Source: a virus
Lineage: Duplodnaviria; Caudoviricetes
Strand: one strand, 5' to 3'
DNA: 29,985 bases
IMG/VR virus record: IMGVR_UViG_3300005512_002719
Coordinates: 1-29,985 of that record
The notes under the pieces are model-generated. The model ran no database searches. It saw nothing but the letters and a program-made list of their open reading frames with translations, and was not told where the DNA came from. Position numbers and translations under genes: made by a program. Positions 1 through 7,836 of this stretch are shown in pieces; the first letter of the stretch is position 1, and each line of letters starts with the position of its first letter.

Positions 1-2316
1 ATTTGGTTTCTTCAAATAGCAAAACTTAATCTTCTCTCCATTCTGGATTAAAGAATATTTCTGATCAAGTTTGTTCTTCTTGATATAATGATTGAAAAGA
101 AGAGCGCCGCGACAGTGGATGGGAGTTCCCTTAGTATAAATGTCGGAGTGAGATTTGTACTTGGTGACATCAGAGACAGAGCGAGGGAAAGAAATATCTT
201 CAGGAGGAAGTTGTTTGAACTCCGTTCTACTCTTATCAATGAATTCAATTACATCATCTTCAGTTCCAGTCATCAGAATATTAAAGGCATCTTTCAACAT
301 CTTCCTACAGGGTGCAGGAGTAGATGATTTAACAGACTCAATACCCATCACTTTTAGTTTGGGTTCTGCATATGCAACGCCTTCACTATTCCATACGTTA
401 AGAATGTATCGCTTCTTCGCAGTCCAGATACCACGATCAGCAATGTTCTCACGCTTCATTTGCATTTTCTGATCATACGCCGAGACATAGTTCGCCAATT
501 CCTGGTAACACTTCTCGATGTATGGTTCAAACTTGTCCTCGCAGATCTTATCAAGTAATCCCACAATCTTTGCTTTATCGCCAGACTTATTAGCAAAAAA
601 TTTATCAACAAGAGATCCAAGATTAAGATAGATTGAATCAGTGTCAGATGCGATAACATAGTCACCACCTTCTGTTTGTAGCAGTTTATTTAGATATTGA
701 TTCATCTTATTCTCAATCCAACGGATAGAGACTTGCCCAGAAAGCGTAATCGCCTCCGCATTGGCCAGTTTATAGTACCTAAAATACTGATTACCGATAG
801 CACCATAAGCAGAGTTGAGTGAGATCTTCTTAGCCATCTGAATATTGTTGCAACGGGCGATCTCTTTCTCCAGTGCCTTAGTTGGAGTCTTTTCATATGC
901 CTGCTTTGCCTGAAGCATTCGCTTCTTGAAAATTACCCGCTCATTATACATCTTGTCCATGAGTTCTGGCAGGAACCCACGAACATCCTTTCGGTACATG
1001 GCACCATTGGCACATACCGCATTGTCCTTAAACAACTCAAAATTTATCTCCTCATTAAGTATCTTATCAACTGTTGCCGTTGGGTGTCGTTCCTCCAAAA
1101 GCGTCTCTGGGGAGATATTGTACTGCATAATAAGATGAGGGTAGAGAGAGTTAAGATCAAAACTGACAACCCAATCATACTTTCCAGGTTTCGGTTCCTT
1201 GACATACGCCCCCGCGTATTTTTCGTTCTTGTGTTCGTTATTTTTGGGAGGAATTACAATATTACGCTTTTTCAAATAATTGTAAATGATATTATCCCAC
1301 ATACGAACTTGATAGAACACGTCACCATAATTTACCTTGGCATCATATGCCATCGTCAATGCAAGTTCAATCAACTTCATCTTGTCTTCAAGACGATCAA
1401 CAAGTTCTACGTCAACTATGTTGTACTCAATAAACTTTTGCCACCCATTGGTGTAGAAATCTTTAAAGGTATCAAACTCGGAGTGATCTAGTTTCTTCTG
1501 TCCCAGTTCTACACTAGCTATGTAGTCCAATCGATATGATTCTTGCGCTTTGTAGGTAAACTTTTTATACAAATCAAGATAATCAAGTTGAGTAACACCA
1601 CCAATATCAAATGTAATGTGTTTACGTCCTTGAATATAAGTTTCTCCTTCACTCACAAGTCCCCATGGGGAGAATCTCTTCATGAGTTTTTCCCCAAGAA
1701 CTCTATTCAAACGCTTACAAATATATGGAATATCAAACAGTTGGATGTTCCAACCAGTAATAACATCAGGAACATCCTGCATCCAGTAATTAATGAAGTC
1801 ACTGAGCAGTGCATGTTCTGTTGAGCAGTAACGATAGGTTACGTTCTTCTGTTTGTTAATAAAAGGTTTTACACCCCAGGTGATAATCTGCTTCGTGGTG
1901 TAATCTTGAATAGTAATTGCAAGAATCTCCTCCGTAGCAGACTCTACATCCGGAAATCCTTTTTCTGCTGTAGTCTCAATATCAAGAGTTACCAGTTTGA
2001 TCTGACTGATGTCAAACTTAACCTCATCTTCAGGATATTTTTCAGAGATGTATTGGTAGATATACCTGTCATTACCGTAGATATTAAATCCCTCAACACC
2101 TTCATACTTCTTGTAAAACTCACGGCAGTCCCGTACCGTACCAGGATTAACTTGTTCTACACACTCTCCAGTTAATGTTCTATATTTGGATTCTTTCTTC
2201 GACTTCACATACAGAGTAGGAAAGAACTCATCTCTGTGTTCGTATCTCCTACCATTATCAACTCCCCGAACGAGGAATTGATTGCCGATCAACTGAACAT
2301 TAGTGTAGAAACGCAT
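1..2316 (-). CDS. gp43: Family B DNA polymerase (T4 gp43-like), 3' end truncated by the window edge
   Basis: Absent from the ORF track because there is no stop in the window. Manual translation from ATG 2316 (TAATG overlap with the upstream stop) gives MRFYTNVQLIGNQFLVRG, Exo I LDIETT, Exo II GWNIQLFDIPY, Pol motifs SFDLNSLYP, KISLNSAYG and ASDTDS, and AKKRY. Confidence 0.97.
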   Translation of the reverse strand, partial: MRFYTNVQLIGNQFLVRGVDNGRRYEHRDEFFPTLYVKSKKESKYRTLTGECVEQVNPGTVRDCREFYKKYEGVEGFNIYGNDRYIYQYISEKYPEDEVKFDISQIKLVTLDIETTAEKGFPDVESATEEILAITIQDYTTKQIITWGVKPFINKQKNVTYRYCSTEHALLSDFINYWMQDVPDVITGWNIQLFDIPYICKRLNRVLGEKLMKRFSPWGLVSEGETYIQGRKHITFDIGGVTQLDYLDLYKKFTYKAQESYRLDYIASVELGQKKLDHSEFDTFKDFYTNGWQKFIEYNIVDVELVDRLEDKMKLIELALTMAYDAKVNYGDVFYQVRMWDNIIYNYLKKRNIVIPPKNNEHKNEKYAGAYVKEPKPGKYDWVVSFDLNSLYPHLIMQYNISPETLLEERHPTATVDKILNEEINFELFKDNAVCANGAMYRKDVRGFLPELMDKMYNERVIFKKRMLQAKQAYEKTPTKALEKEIARCNNIQMAKKISLNSAYGAIGNQYFRYYKLANAEAITLSGQVSIRWIENKMNQYLNKLLQTEGGDYVIASDTDSIYLNLGSLVDKFFANKSGDKAKIVGLLDKICEDKFEPYIEKCYQELANYVSAYDQKMQMKRENIADRGIWTAKKRYILNVWNSEGVAYAEPKLKVMGIESVKSSTPAPCRKMLKDAFNILMTGTEDDVIEFIDKSRTEFKQLPPEDISFPRSVSDVTKYKSHSDIYTKGTPIHCRGALLFNHYIKKNKLDQKYSLIQNGEKIKFCYLKKPN

Positions 2317-2573
2317 TACTTAGTGAGCTCTTCGTATTTTTCAAGTAGGGTGGGCATGGGTTCTGTAAGAGTAATAATCTTATCAGAACTAATCATAAAA
2401 ATATCTTGGCGAGATATATTGATCAACCAAGGTTCCATCGTCCCATCATCCTTTAGAAGCATGGGATTTGTCAACTTACAGTTTGGATCTCCAATCTCTG
2501 CGCCAACTTCATCAATCTGACTGATCAGAATCTGATTGTTCTGCATCAGAATCGCTTTGATTATCTTTTCCAT
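2316..2573 (-). CDS. Small hypothetical protein, possible Sm-like beta fold (85 aa)
   Basis: Its stop overlaps the gp43 ATG. Shares an NP...PW...I.T..EP...Y pattern with 2512..2886 and 16354..16749. Confidence 0.75.
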   Translation of the reverse strand: MEKIIKAILMQNNQILISQIDEVGAEIGDPNCKLTNPMLLKDDGTMEPWLINISRQDIFMISSDKIITLTEPMPTLLEKYEELTK

Positions 2574-2886
2574 AGTCTACAACATCCTCAATGTACATGT
2601 CTTTTAGTTTTTCCTTTGGTTCTACCATTGTAACCAACCAATCAGCGGGGACAGGAATGGTTTCATCAGAGGTAAGAGGCATCCAAGGAAATAAAGATAC
2701 CCTAAAAGCAGAAGTTTGTTCTACTTCAGATTGCTCTGTCAAGATTTGAGAATCTCTAATCTTTACAATACATGGTTTGTTAAGAAAGTATCCTACAACT
2801 CTTCTATCTCCTTCTCCCGCTGTCATCTCTGCAACATCAGCAATAATGTCTTCACCAGATTTCAACAGCATCAATTTGATTGTCAT
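2512..2886 (-). CDS. Small hypothetical protein, possible Sm-like beta fold (124 aa)
   Basis: MTIKLMLLKSGEDIIADV...KPC...PWMP...VTMVEP...MY. GAGG Shine-Dalgarno-like site upstream and its own sigma70-type promoter. Confidence 0.8.
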   Translation of the reverse strand: MTIKLMLLKSGEDIIADVAEMTAGEGDRRVVGYFLNKPCIVKIRDSQILTEQSEVEQTSAFRVSLFPWMPLTSDETIPVPADWLVTMVEPKEKLKDMYIEDVVDYGKDNQSDSDAEQSDSDQSD

Positions 2887-2907
2887 CTTAGCATTTTACC
2901 TCTCTGT

Positions 2908-2936
2908 ATTTTAGCAAGAAAAAAGAGGGGTGTCAA
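2908..2936 (-). promoter_or_regulatory. Sigma70-type promoter for the two small genes and gp43
   Basis: TTGACA (2936-2931), 17-nt spacer, TAAAAT (2913-2908) with an extended TGn. The -35 lies inside the terminator stem. Confidence 0.8.
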
Positions 2937-2960
2937 CTGGATTTTGCCAGTTGCCCCTCT
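2919..2960 (-). terminator. Intrinsic terminator
   Basis: Minus strand AGAGGGG-CAACTGG-caaaat-CCAGTTG-aca-CCCCTC-TTTTTT: a long stem followed by a U tract. Confidence 0.8.
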
Positions 2961-2983
2961 GCGGCGACGATATTCAGTTTTAT

Positions 2984-3262
2984 TTAGTCCTTAATAATAA
3001 TCTTTAATTGCACATCACTCGTATTTTTATTTTGTCTATAACAAGATTTCAATGGAAGAACTTTACGTTCAGTATACCATCCCCACTTATCATACTTAGT
3101 GACATATTTAATTTTTTTACACCTATTCCAATCTTTCCTAACCATCACACCTTTTTCAGGATAAGAATATGTCCAGCGGTTTCTTGGTTCTCTCGGATGA
3201 GCAATAGCAGGTGAAGTAATTAAAAGTGCAGCAAGTCCAACAAAAATTTTATTCATGAGCAT
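2984..3262 (-). CDS. Hypothetical basic protein with a predicted Sec signal peptide (about 90 aa)
   Basis: N-terminus (ML)MNKIFVGLAALLITSPAIA|HP has a basic n-region, hydrophobic h-region and AxA cleavage motif. Preceded by a CTAAATA late-promoter-like box at 3279-3285. Confidence 0.65.
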   Translation of the reverse strand: MLMNKIFVGLAALLITSPAIAHPREPRNRWTYSYPEKGVMVRKDWNRCKKIKYVTKYDKWGWYTERKVLPLKSCYRQNKNTSDVQLKIIIKD

Positions 3263-3281
3263 AATTTAAAAGTAAAATTAT

Positions 3282-3713
3282 TTAGAACCAGTCTTTACGT
3301 TGATGATGACTAGGAACAATCCTACCCAAGGTAATACTCAGTAACCCATCTTCAAAAGTAACTGATCTAACTTCCGTGTCGTCACTGAGCGTCCAGGCTC
3401 GTGTAAAACTCCGTTGAGCCAAACCTTTGTGCAAATACGTTGTTTCCGTTTCTTTATCTTCTTTCTGGCCCTCAATAAAGAGTTTACCATCTTGTGTGTA
3501 GACATTGACTTCCTTCTTTTTAAATCCTGCCAATGCAATCTCAATTAAAGATTCTGTGTCACTAACTTGTAAGAGATTGTATGGGGGGTAGTTCGATGTA
3601 GTTTCATGGAGATCGAACACTCTATTTAGGTAATCATTCATACCAATAGAATTTTTGGAAATCTTATCCAACAGCGCAGGAAGATCCGACGCAGTATAAC
3701 GTGCGATTGTCAT
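3282..3713 (-). CDS. hsp20: Small heat shock protein (Hsp20/IbpA-like)
   Basis: NYPPYNL, IEIALAGF, YLHKGLAQRSFTRAWTL and FEDGLLSI alpha-crystallin motifs. AAGGAG 8 nt upstream of the ATG. Confidence 0.95.
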   Translation of the reverse strand: MTIARYTASDLPALLDKISKNSIGMNDYLNRVFDLHETTSNYPPYNLLQVSDTESLIEIALAGFKKKEVNVYTQDGKLFIEGQKEDKETETTYLHKGLAQRSFTRAWTLSDDTEVRSVTFEDGLLSITLGRIVPSHHQRKDWF

Positions 3714-3768
3714 AATTGTAGCTCCTTTAAAAGCGAGTTTGTGTTGTATGTACCCGTTCGGCGTACAC
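3714..3768 (-). promoter_or_regulatory. Structured hsp20 5' leader, ROSE-like RNA thermometer candidate
   Basis: Two hairpins: UGUAC(G)CC-gaac-GGGUACA (3767-3749) and CUC(G)CUU-uua-AAGGAG (3737-3722). In the second, UCGCU pairs with the SD and the G is bulged. Confidence 0.55.
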
Positions 3769-3773
3769 TACTA

Positions 3774-3782
3774 ATTATAGCA
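3774..3782 (-). promoter_or_regulatory. Extended -10 promoter for hsp20
   Basis: TGCTATAAT on the minus strand. The predicted start site (about 3768) falls at the base of the first leader hairpin. Confidence 0.7.
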
Positions 3783-3788
3783 GATATG

Positions 3789-3822
3789 AAAAAAGACGAT
3801 GTAGTAAATACCACACCGCCTT
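3789..3822 (-). terminator. Intrinsic terminator downstream of regA
   Basis: GGCGGTGTGGT-attt-ACTACATCGTC-TTTTTT: an 11-bp stem with G.U pairs and a U6 tract. Confidence 0.75.
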
Positions 3823-3872
3823 ATAGGGGTTTCCGACTTTTGAAGCGACCGCACGAAAGATCGCAGAATTAT

Positions 3873-4310
3873 TTATTCAGTTTCCTGAGTCTTTCCCTTT
3901 TTTCCAATATTATATTTCTGCTCTAAAACCCAATCTGCCTTGTCCTTATATGCAAGCACCTTGATCTGGTTCAAAGGGGCAATATTAAGCACTGAGTCCT
4001 CTTTAACAACGCTGATAAGTCCCCAGTCTGACAGGAGTCGCACAATGCGGTTACGGCGCTGTACGTCATTCATAGTGAGGTTTGCGTGCTTGCCATCCAG
4101 GGCAAACAGTTCCTTAAAGTGGACGATAAAATATCTTCCCTGCTTATGCAGGATGTGGCAAGACTGATAGAGTTTCTTCTCTTTGCGGGATGCTACTCCG
4201 ATTCGTGTCAGTGTCTCGCGAACTTTTAGGAAGTCATCAGGTTCATTGAGGAGCACCTCTACCATTTGATCTTGACTCCACTGTACCGTAGGTTCAACCG
4301 TAGTACTCAT
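3873..4310 (-). CDS. regA: Translational repressor RegA
   Basis: PDDFLKVRETLTRIGVASRKEKKLYQSCHILHKQGRYFIVHFKELFALDG. Follows gp62 as in T4. Confidence 0.97.
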   Translation of the reverse strand: MSTTVEPTVQWSQDQMVEVLLNEPDDFLKVRETLTRIGVASRKEKKLYQSCHILHKQGRYFIVHFKELFALDGKHANLTMNDVQRRNRIVRLLSDWGLISVVKEDSVLNIAPLNQIKVLAYKDKADWVLEQKYNIGKKGKTQETE

Positions 4311-4675
4311 TTTGTTCCTCCAATGTCAAGTCGTTGTTTAATGTAGTTGATCTGTTCTTTAGTCAGAATTTTCAGAGCTTGAGATGCCTTCTCATTACTA
4401 TACCCATAGTATTGTTTGACACATTCTAGATCCTGGACTTTATCCTTTCGGAGCCAAGGAGAGAATCTCTTTCTTTTCCTCAAAGTATTTAGATAAAATG
4501 AATATTGCATATCTTTGTCAATGTGATGGTGAAGGTTCATCTCATTAGCAAACATGATGCAATCAAGGTGCCCAGATAGACAACGATTGACAATGTAAGG
4601 AGGATATTCCTTTATATTTTCTGATAGATCTTCTTTATTGAAGTTAATCGAATTCAACCAATCTTTGAGTTCCAT
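4307..4675 (-). CDS. gp62: Clamp loader small subunit
   Basis: YPPYIVNRCLS...ANEMN...RKRKRFSPW...YYGYSNEKA. Lies between gp44 and regA. Confidence 0.93.
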   Translation of the reverse strand: MELKDWLNSINFNKEDLSENIKEYPPYIVNRCLSGHLDCIMFANEMNLHHHIDKDMQYSFYLNTLRKRKRFSPWLRKDKVQDLECVKQYYGYSNEKASQALKILTKEQINYIKQRLDIGGTK

Positions 4676-4818
4676 TATTTAAATACAGCAGTTACACTAA
4701 CAATTGTTGCTCCAGGATTTCTTGCTAAGGCAACTCCCCTAGCGTCTTGATAGTCCCGTGCAATCACAGTTTCTTTAAAGACTTTTCCAGCTTTGAACAG
4801 AGTTACTTCACAAGTCAT
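4675..4818 (-). CDS. Small hypothetical protein (47 aa), not in the ORF track
   Basis: MTCEVTLFKAGKVFKETVIARDYQDARGVALARNPGATIVSVTAVFK. Coupled on both sides (ATGA overlap at 4815-4818, TAATG overlap with the gp62 start) and exactly fills the gap. Confidence 0.8.
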   Translation of the reverse strand: MTCEVTLFKAGKVFKETVIARDYQDARGVALARNPGATIVSVTAVFK

Positions 4819-5873
4819 CGGATAATCTCCAAATCTGCTCCTGGTTTCCAAATCTCAAGTTGAGTTCTGACTCGATCTTGCGATTGAAGTTTTTCATATC
4901 TCTTGGTTGCTTTCTTTTTCCACCAAGTGATTGATTCATCCCAAGTGTGACGAAAGTCTCCAAGATAATATCTTTTCTTTTCAGTGAGTGACATCGCATG
5001 TTGAATACATGCATTGAACTCCTCAAGTTTCTCCTTATCTTTCAAAGAGTTCTTGATGATAGAAATCATCTTGACTTGAATCTTCATCTTTTTAGATGAC
5101 TTGTCTGCAGAGATCAGACGTTCGCCATCATTGCGCTCGTTAAACCACCAGAAGAAATCCCTAAACTCATCATCATGAAAGAGGGGTAGGAACTTGCTCT
5201 CCGTGTCTCCTATGTGCCGTAGGAAGGGTTTTAGTCCATCATACATGGACACACCCTTGGTGGTTCCGTAGAGAGAGGTAGTCTCAAAGTATTTAAGATC
5301 TGTTCCATACTTCTCATCAAACTGTTGCTTCAGTTCTTTCGATGATGCTAATAATGCAAGCAACTTACCACCCAGATAATTATATCCGAAAGGTTGAGTA
5401 GGAACGATATTGAAACCCATAACGAAATGAGCATTAATATCGACAAGAGATTTAACTTCGCCAAAATAAGTATTACGGGGTTTGCTGTTGATGGTGGGAG
5501 AACCAAATCTAACAACACCAATAACTTTATTAGTGTTTGTTTCGATTACGATCCACTTCAAAGTTCTACCTGGAATTGCCTCCTCAATAGCATTTGATGC
5601 TGTGAGGTTCAAAGTCTCCGAATACAACCACTGATTATACCTAGATGTTGTCTTTGGATTAGTATCTACCGTATGAATCTCAAAATTCATATCACTTGGA
5701 TGCATCTCAAAAGAGTCAAAGAACTCCATGTCTGCACCAAATAAAGATCCCGATCTACCTTGGATACGATCTTTCTTTACAAAACGAAGATAGTCGTCAA
5801 TGCGGTTGAACTGAGTATAGTAATTGATAAATTTATCTGCGGCATATATCGCATCACTTTCGGTTAGTATCAT
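4815..5873 (-). CDS. DUF4338 / Druantia DruA-like protein (about 352 aa)
   Basis: QPFGYNYLGGKLLALLASS, ETTSLYG, SMYDGL and IGDT resemble the LGGKL / TTSxxG / SxY motifs I recall for DUF4338. Start placed at ATG 5873 (MILTESD), because the track's 5945 start runs through the upstream small gene. The CDS is secure, the family call less so. Confidence 0.65.
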   Translation of the reverse strand: MILTESDAIYAADKFINYYTQFNRIDDYLRFVKKDRIQGRSGSLFGADMEFFDSFEMHPSDMNFEIHTVDTNPKTTSRYNQWLYSETLNLTASNAIEEAIPGRTLKWIVIETNTNKVIGVVRFGSPTINSKPRNTYFGEVKSLVDINAHFVMGFNIVPTQPFGYNYLGGKLLALLASSKELKQQFDEKYGTDLKYFETTSLYGTTKGVSMYDGLKPFLRHIGDTESKFLPLFHDDEFRDFFWWFNERNDGERLISADKSSKKMKIQVKMISIIKNSLKDKEKLEEFNACIQHAMSLTEKKRYYLGDFRHTWDESITWWKKKATKRYEKLQSQDRVRTQLEIWKPGADLEIIR

Positions 5874-6024
5874 TAATCTCACAAACAACATGAATATCAG
5901 TTCCCTTAGTTGCTTCTGCCATCTCACGATAACCAGATCCAACATAGATTTGTCCCACTACAACAGTAACAGTACAAATACCCCAGAACACATAATACCA
6001 ATGGGATTTAATTTGCTTAATCAT
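5854..6024 (-). CDS. Small putative membrane protein (56 aa), not in the ORF track
   Basis: MIKQIKSHWYYVFWGICTVTVVVGQIYVGSGYREMAEATKGTDIHVVCEINDTNRK. ATGA overlap with the gp44 stop and one hydrophobic segment. Confidence 0.7.
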   Translation of the reverse strand: MIKQIKSHWYYVFWGICTVTVVVGQIYVGSGYREMAEATKGTDIHVVCEINDTNRK

Positions 6025-6965
6025 TTGAATTCACACTCACACATAATTTCAGTTAGACAAGCAAGCATATTTATTTCCTGATCTGCTACGAAGGCCCCTT
6101 GATACTGATACTTAGCAAGCACCAAGACAGCAGAAGGAATAGAGTTAGGAACAAGGGATTCGTAGCAAGCGTCATAAATGCGACGGAGAAGTAGATTATA
6201 ATCATTGTCCAGATTATTAACGATCCACTTACGGACTTCGGGAAAATCTTTCTCTTTAAGTTTTTTAATGAGATCATTTACTTTTACGTCACTAAAGGTT
6301 GCAAGAATACCCGTGTCAATTTTACCGCTTGAGGAATAACGCTGACATTCATTCAGAACACGACGCCAATCTGGGAAGTGTTTGTTGATCAGTTCTACCA
6401 GGACTTTGTTATCATATTCAACACTTTCCGTATCCAAGATTTGTTGGATTCTCTTGAAGAACTGTGCGGCAAGTTGGGGTTTGCTTTTGGAATTGGTTGA
6501 AAAGTCAATACATGCACATCTTGAATGAAGGGGTTCGATGATTTTGTTTTTGAAGTTGCAGGTGAAGATGAATCTGCAGTTGCCACTAAACTCCTCAGTA
6601 AACGCCCGTAGGAGGAGTTGTACATCATTGGTTGTGTTATCTGCCTCATCAATGATGATGACTTTGTGTTTTGCAGTTGACGAAAGCGAGACGGTCGAAG
6701 CGAAGTTTTTCGCAGTGTTTCGGACAGTATCCAGGAATCGTCCTTCATCGGATCCATTGATGACATAAACATCTACTCCAAGTTCATTACAAAGTGCTTT
6801 TGCTACAGTAGTCTTTCCACACCCAGCAGGACCTGCAAGGAGTAGATTAGGGACTTCACCTTTACTCAGGAAGTCACTAAAAGTTTTTTTGATATTCTCT
6901 GGGAGAATACAATCTTCAATTGTCTTGGGGCGATACTTTTCTACCCAAAGGAATTCGTCACGCAT
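6021..6965 (-). CDS. gp44: Clamp loader large subunit (AAA+)
   Basis: LWVEKYRP, Walker A GPAGCGKT, Walker B IIIDEAD, and the LHSRC (SRC) motif. Confidence 0.97.
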   Translation of the reverse strand: MRDEFLWVEKYRPKTIEDCILPENIKKTFSDFLSKGEVPNLLLAGPAGCGKTTVAKALCNELGVDVYVINGSDEGRFLDTVRNTAKNFASTVSLSSTAKHKVIIIDEADNTTNDVQLLLRAFTEEFSGNCRFIFTCNFKNKIIEPLHSRCACIDFSTNSKSKPQLAAQFFKRIQQILDTESVEYDNKVLVELINKHFPDWRRVLNECQRYSSSGKIDTGILATFSDVKVNDLIKKLKEKDFPEVRKWIVNNLDNDYNLLLRRIYDACYESLVPNSIPSAVLVLAKYQYQGAFVADQEINMLACLTEIMCECEFK

Positions 6966-6973
6966 AATAAAAG

Positions 6974-7501
6974 TTATACCCAGTCAGGTTTACGTTCGGG
7001 AATACGAAGATAATTATCGCATACCCAAGGTTTAGATGCAATATACATCTTGTACTTGTCATAAATGGATATTGAAGTATCCATCTTGAACTCATCAGGG
7101 CCTGCAAAAACAAAAGGTGTTGGATACTTGCCACTCCTTCCAGTAGGATCTGCACAGGGAAGGATTTCGTTTGCTGCCATCAAAGTATTGAAACAGGTAT
7201 GCGGTTTACCATACCTCAGTGCATATTCATCACACAGAGCAAGTCCATGAGCAAGTAACCACCTCCAGTTGTTCACAAAAGAGTTTGCCCAAATAGTGCA
7301 GGGATGATTGCGAAAAGCACCCTTCTCCGTGGCATAGGGAGTCCCGTCTGCCTTGGGAAGAGTGCCAAATCCATGTCCCCATTTGTCAGAGCATACGATA
7401 GCAAGCATCTGACAAGTCTCTAGAGGCATCTTGACGATATGCTTATCAGGAAGAACCCTAGCTGACTTTAGTGGATCAGGATCAGTTACAAAGATGTTCA
7501 T
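6974..7501 (-). CDS. Pyrimidine-dimer DNA glycosylase-like protein (DenV/Pyr_excise family)
   Basis: MNIFV...LPDKHIVKMPLETCQML...NHPCTIWA...LCDEYALRYGKPH is typical of this family. Activity not demonstrable from sequence. Confidence 0.7.
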   Translation of the reverse strand: MNIFVTDPDPLKSARVLPDKHIVKMPLETCQMLAIVCSDKWGHGFGTLPKADGTPYATEKGAFRNHPCTIWANSFVNNWRWLLAHGLALCDEYALRYGKPHTCFNTLMAANEILPCADPTGRSGKYPTPFVFAGPDEFKMDTSISIYDKYKMYIASKPWVCDNYLRIPERKPDWV

Positions 7502-7836
7502 TCTAAAGGACGTTCAAATTGATTGGAAACAATGTCGGTTGCCTTCAATTGCTCTTGCATATATTCTACTGCCTTTTCTGGTTCTGCGGTATCCCCACAA
7601 GTAAAAACGTCACATACTGCCATACCCTTTTCAGGCCAAGTATGAATGCTGATGTGAGACTCAGCAAGCATAGCAACACCAGTTACGCCCTGAGGATCAA
7701 ACTTATGTGTTGCCAGATTTAGCAGAGTTGACTTCGCTTCTTTTGTCGCATTGTAGAGAAGCAACTTGATATTATTTTCATCATCAAGTAGTTCAAACGG
7801 ACACCCCTTAAGGGTAAAGAGAATGTGCTTCATCAA
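7498..7836 (-). CDS. speD: Pyruvoyl-dependent S-adenosylmethionine decarboxylase family proenzyme
   Basis: HKFDPQGVTGVAMLAE|SHISIHTWPE and DVFTCG, with the self-cleavage Ser motif intact. Confidence 0.92.
   Translation of the reverse strand: MMKHILFTLKGCPFELLDDENNIKLLLYNATKEAKSTLLNLATHKFDPQGVTGVAMLAESHISIHTWPEKGMAVCDVFTCGDTAEPEKAVEYMQEQLKATDIVSNQFERPLE

Noticed and set aside
48-2520. Many short ORFs on both strands in the first 2.5 kb
   Set aside because: All overlap the continuous gp43 frame or its neighbour. The track missed gp43 only because it has no stop in the window.
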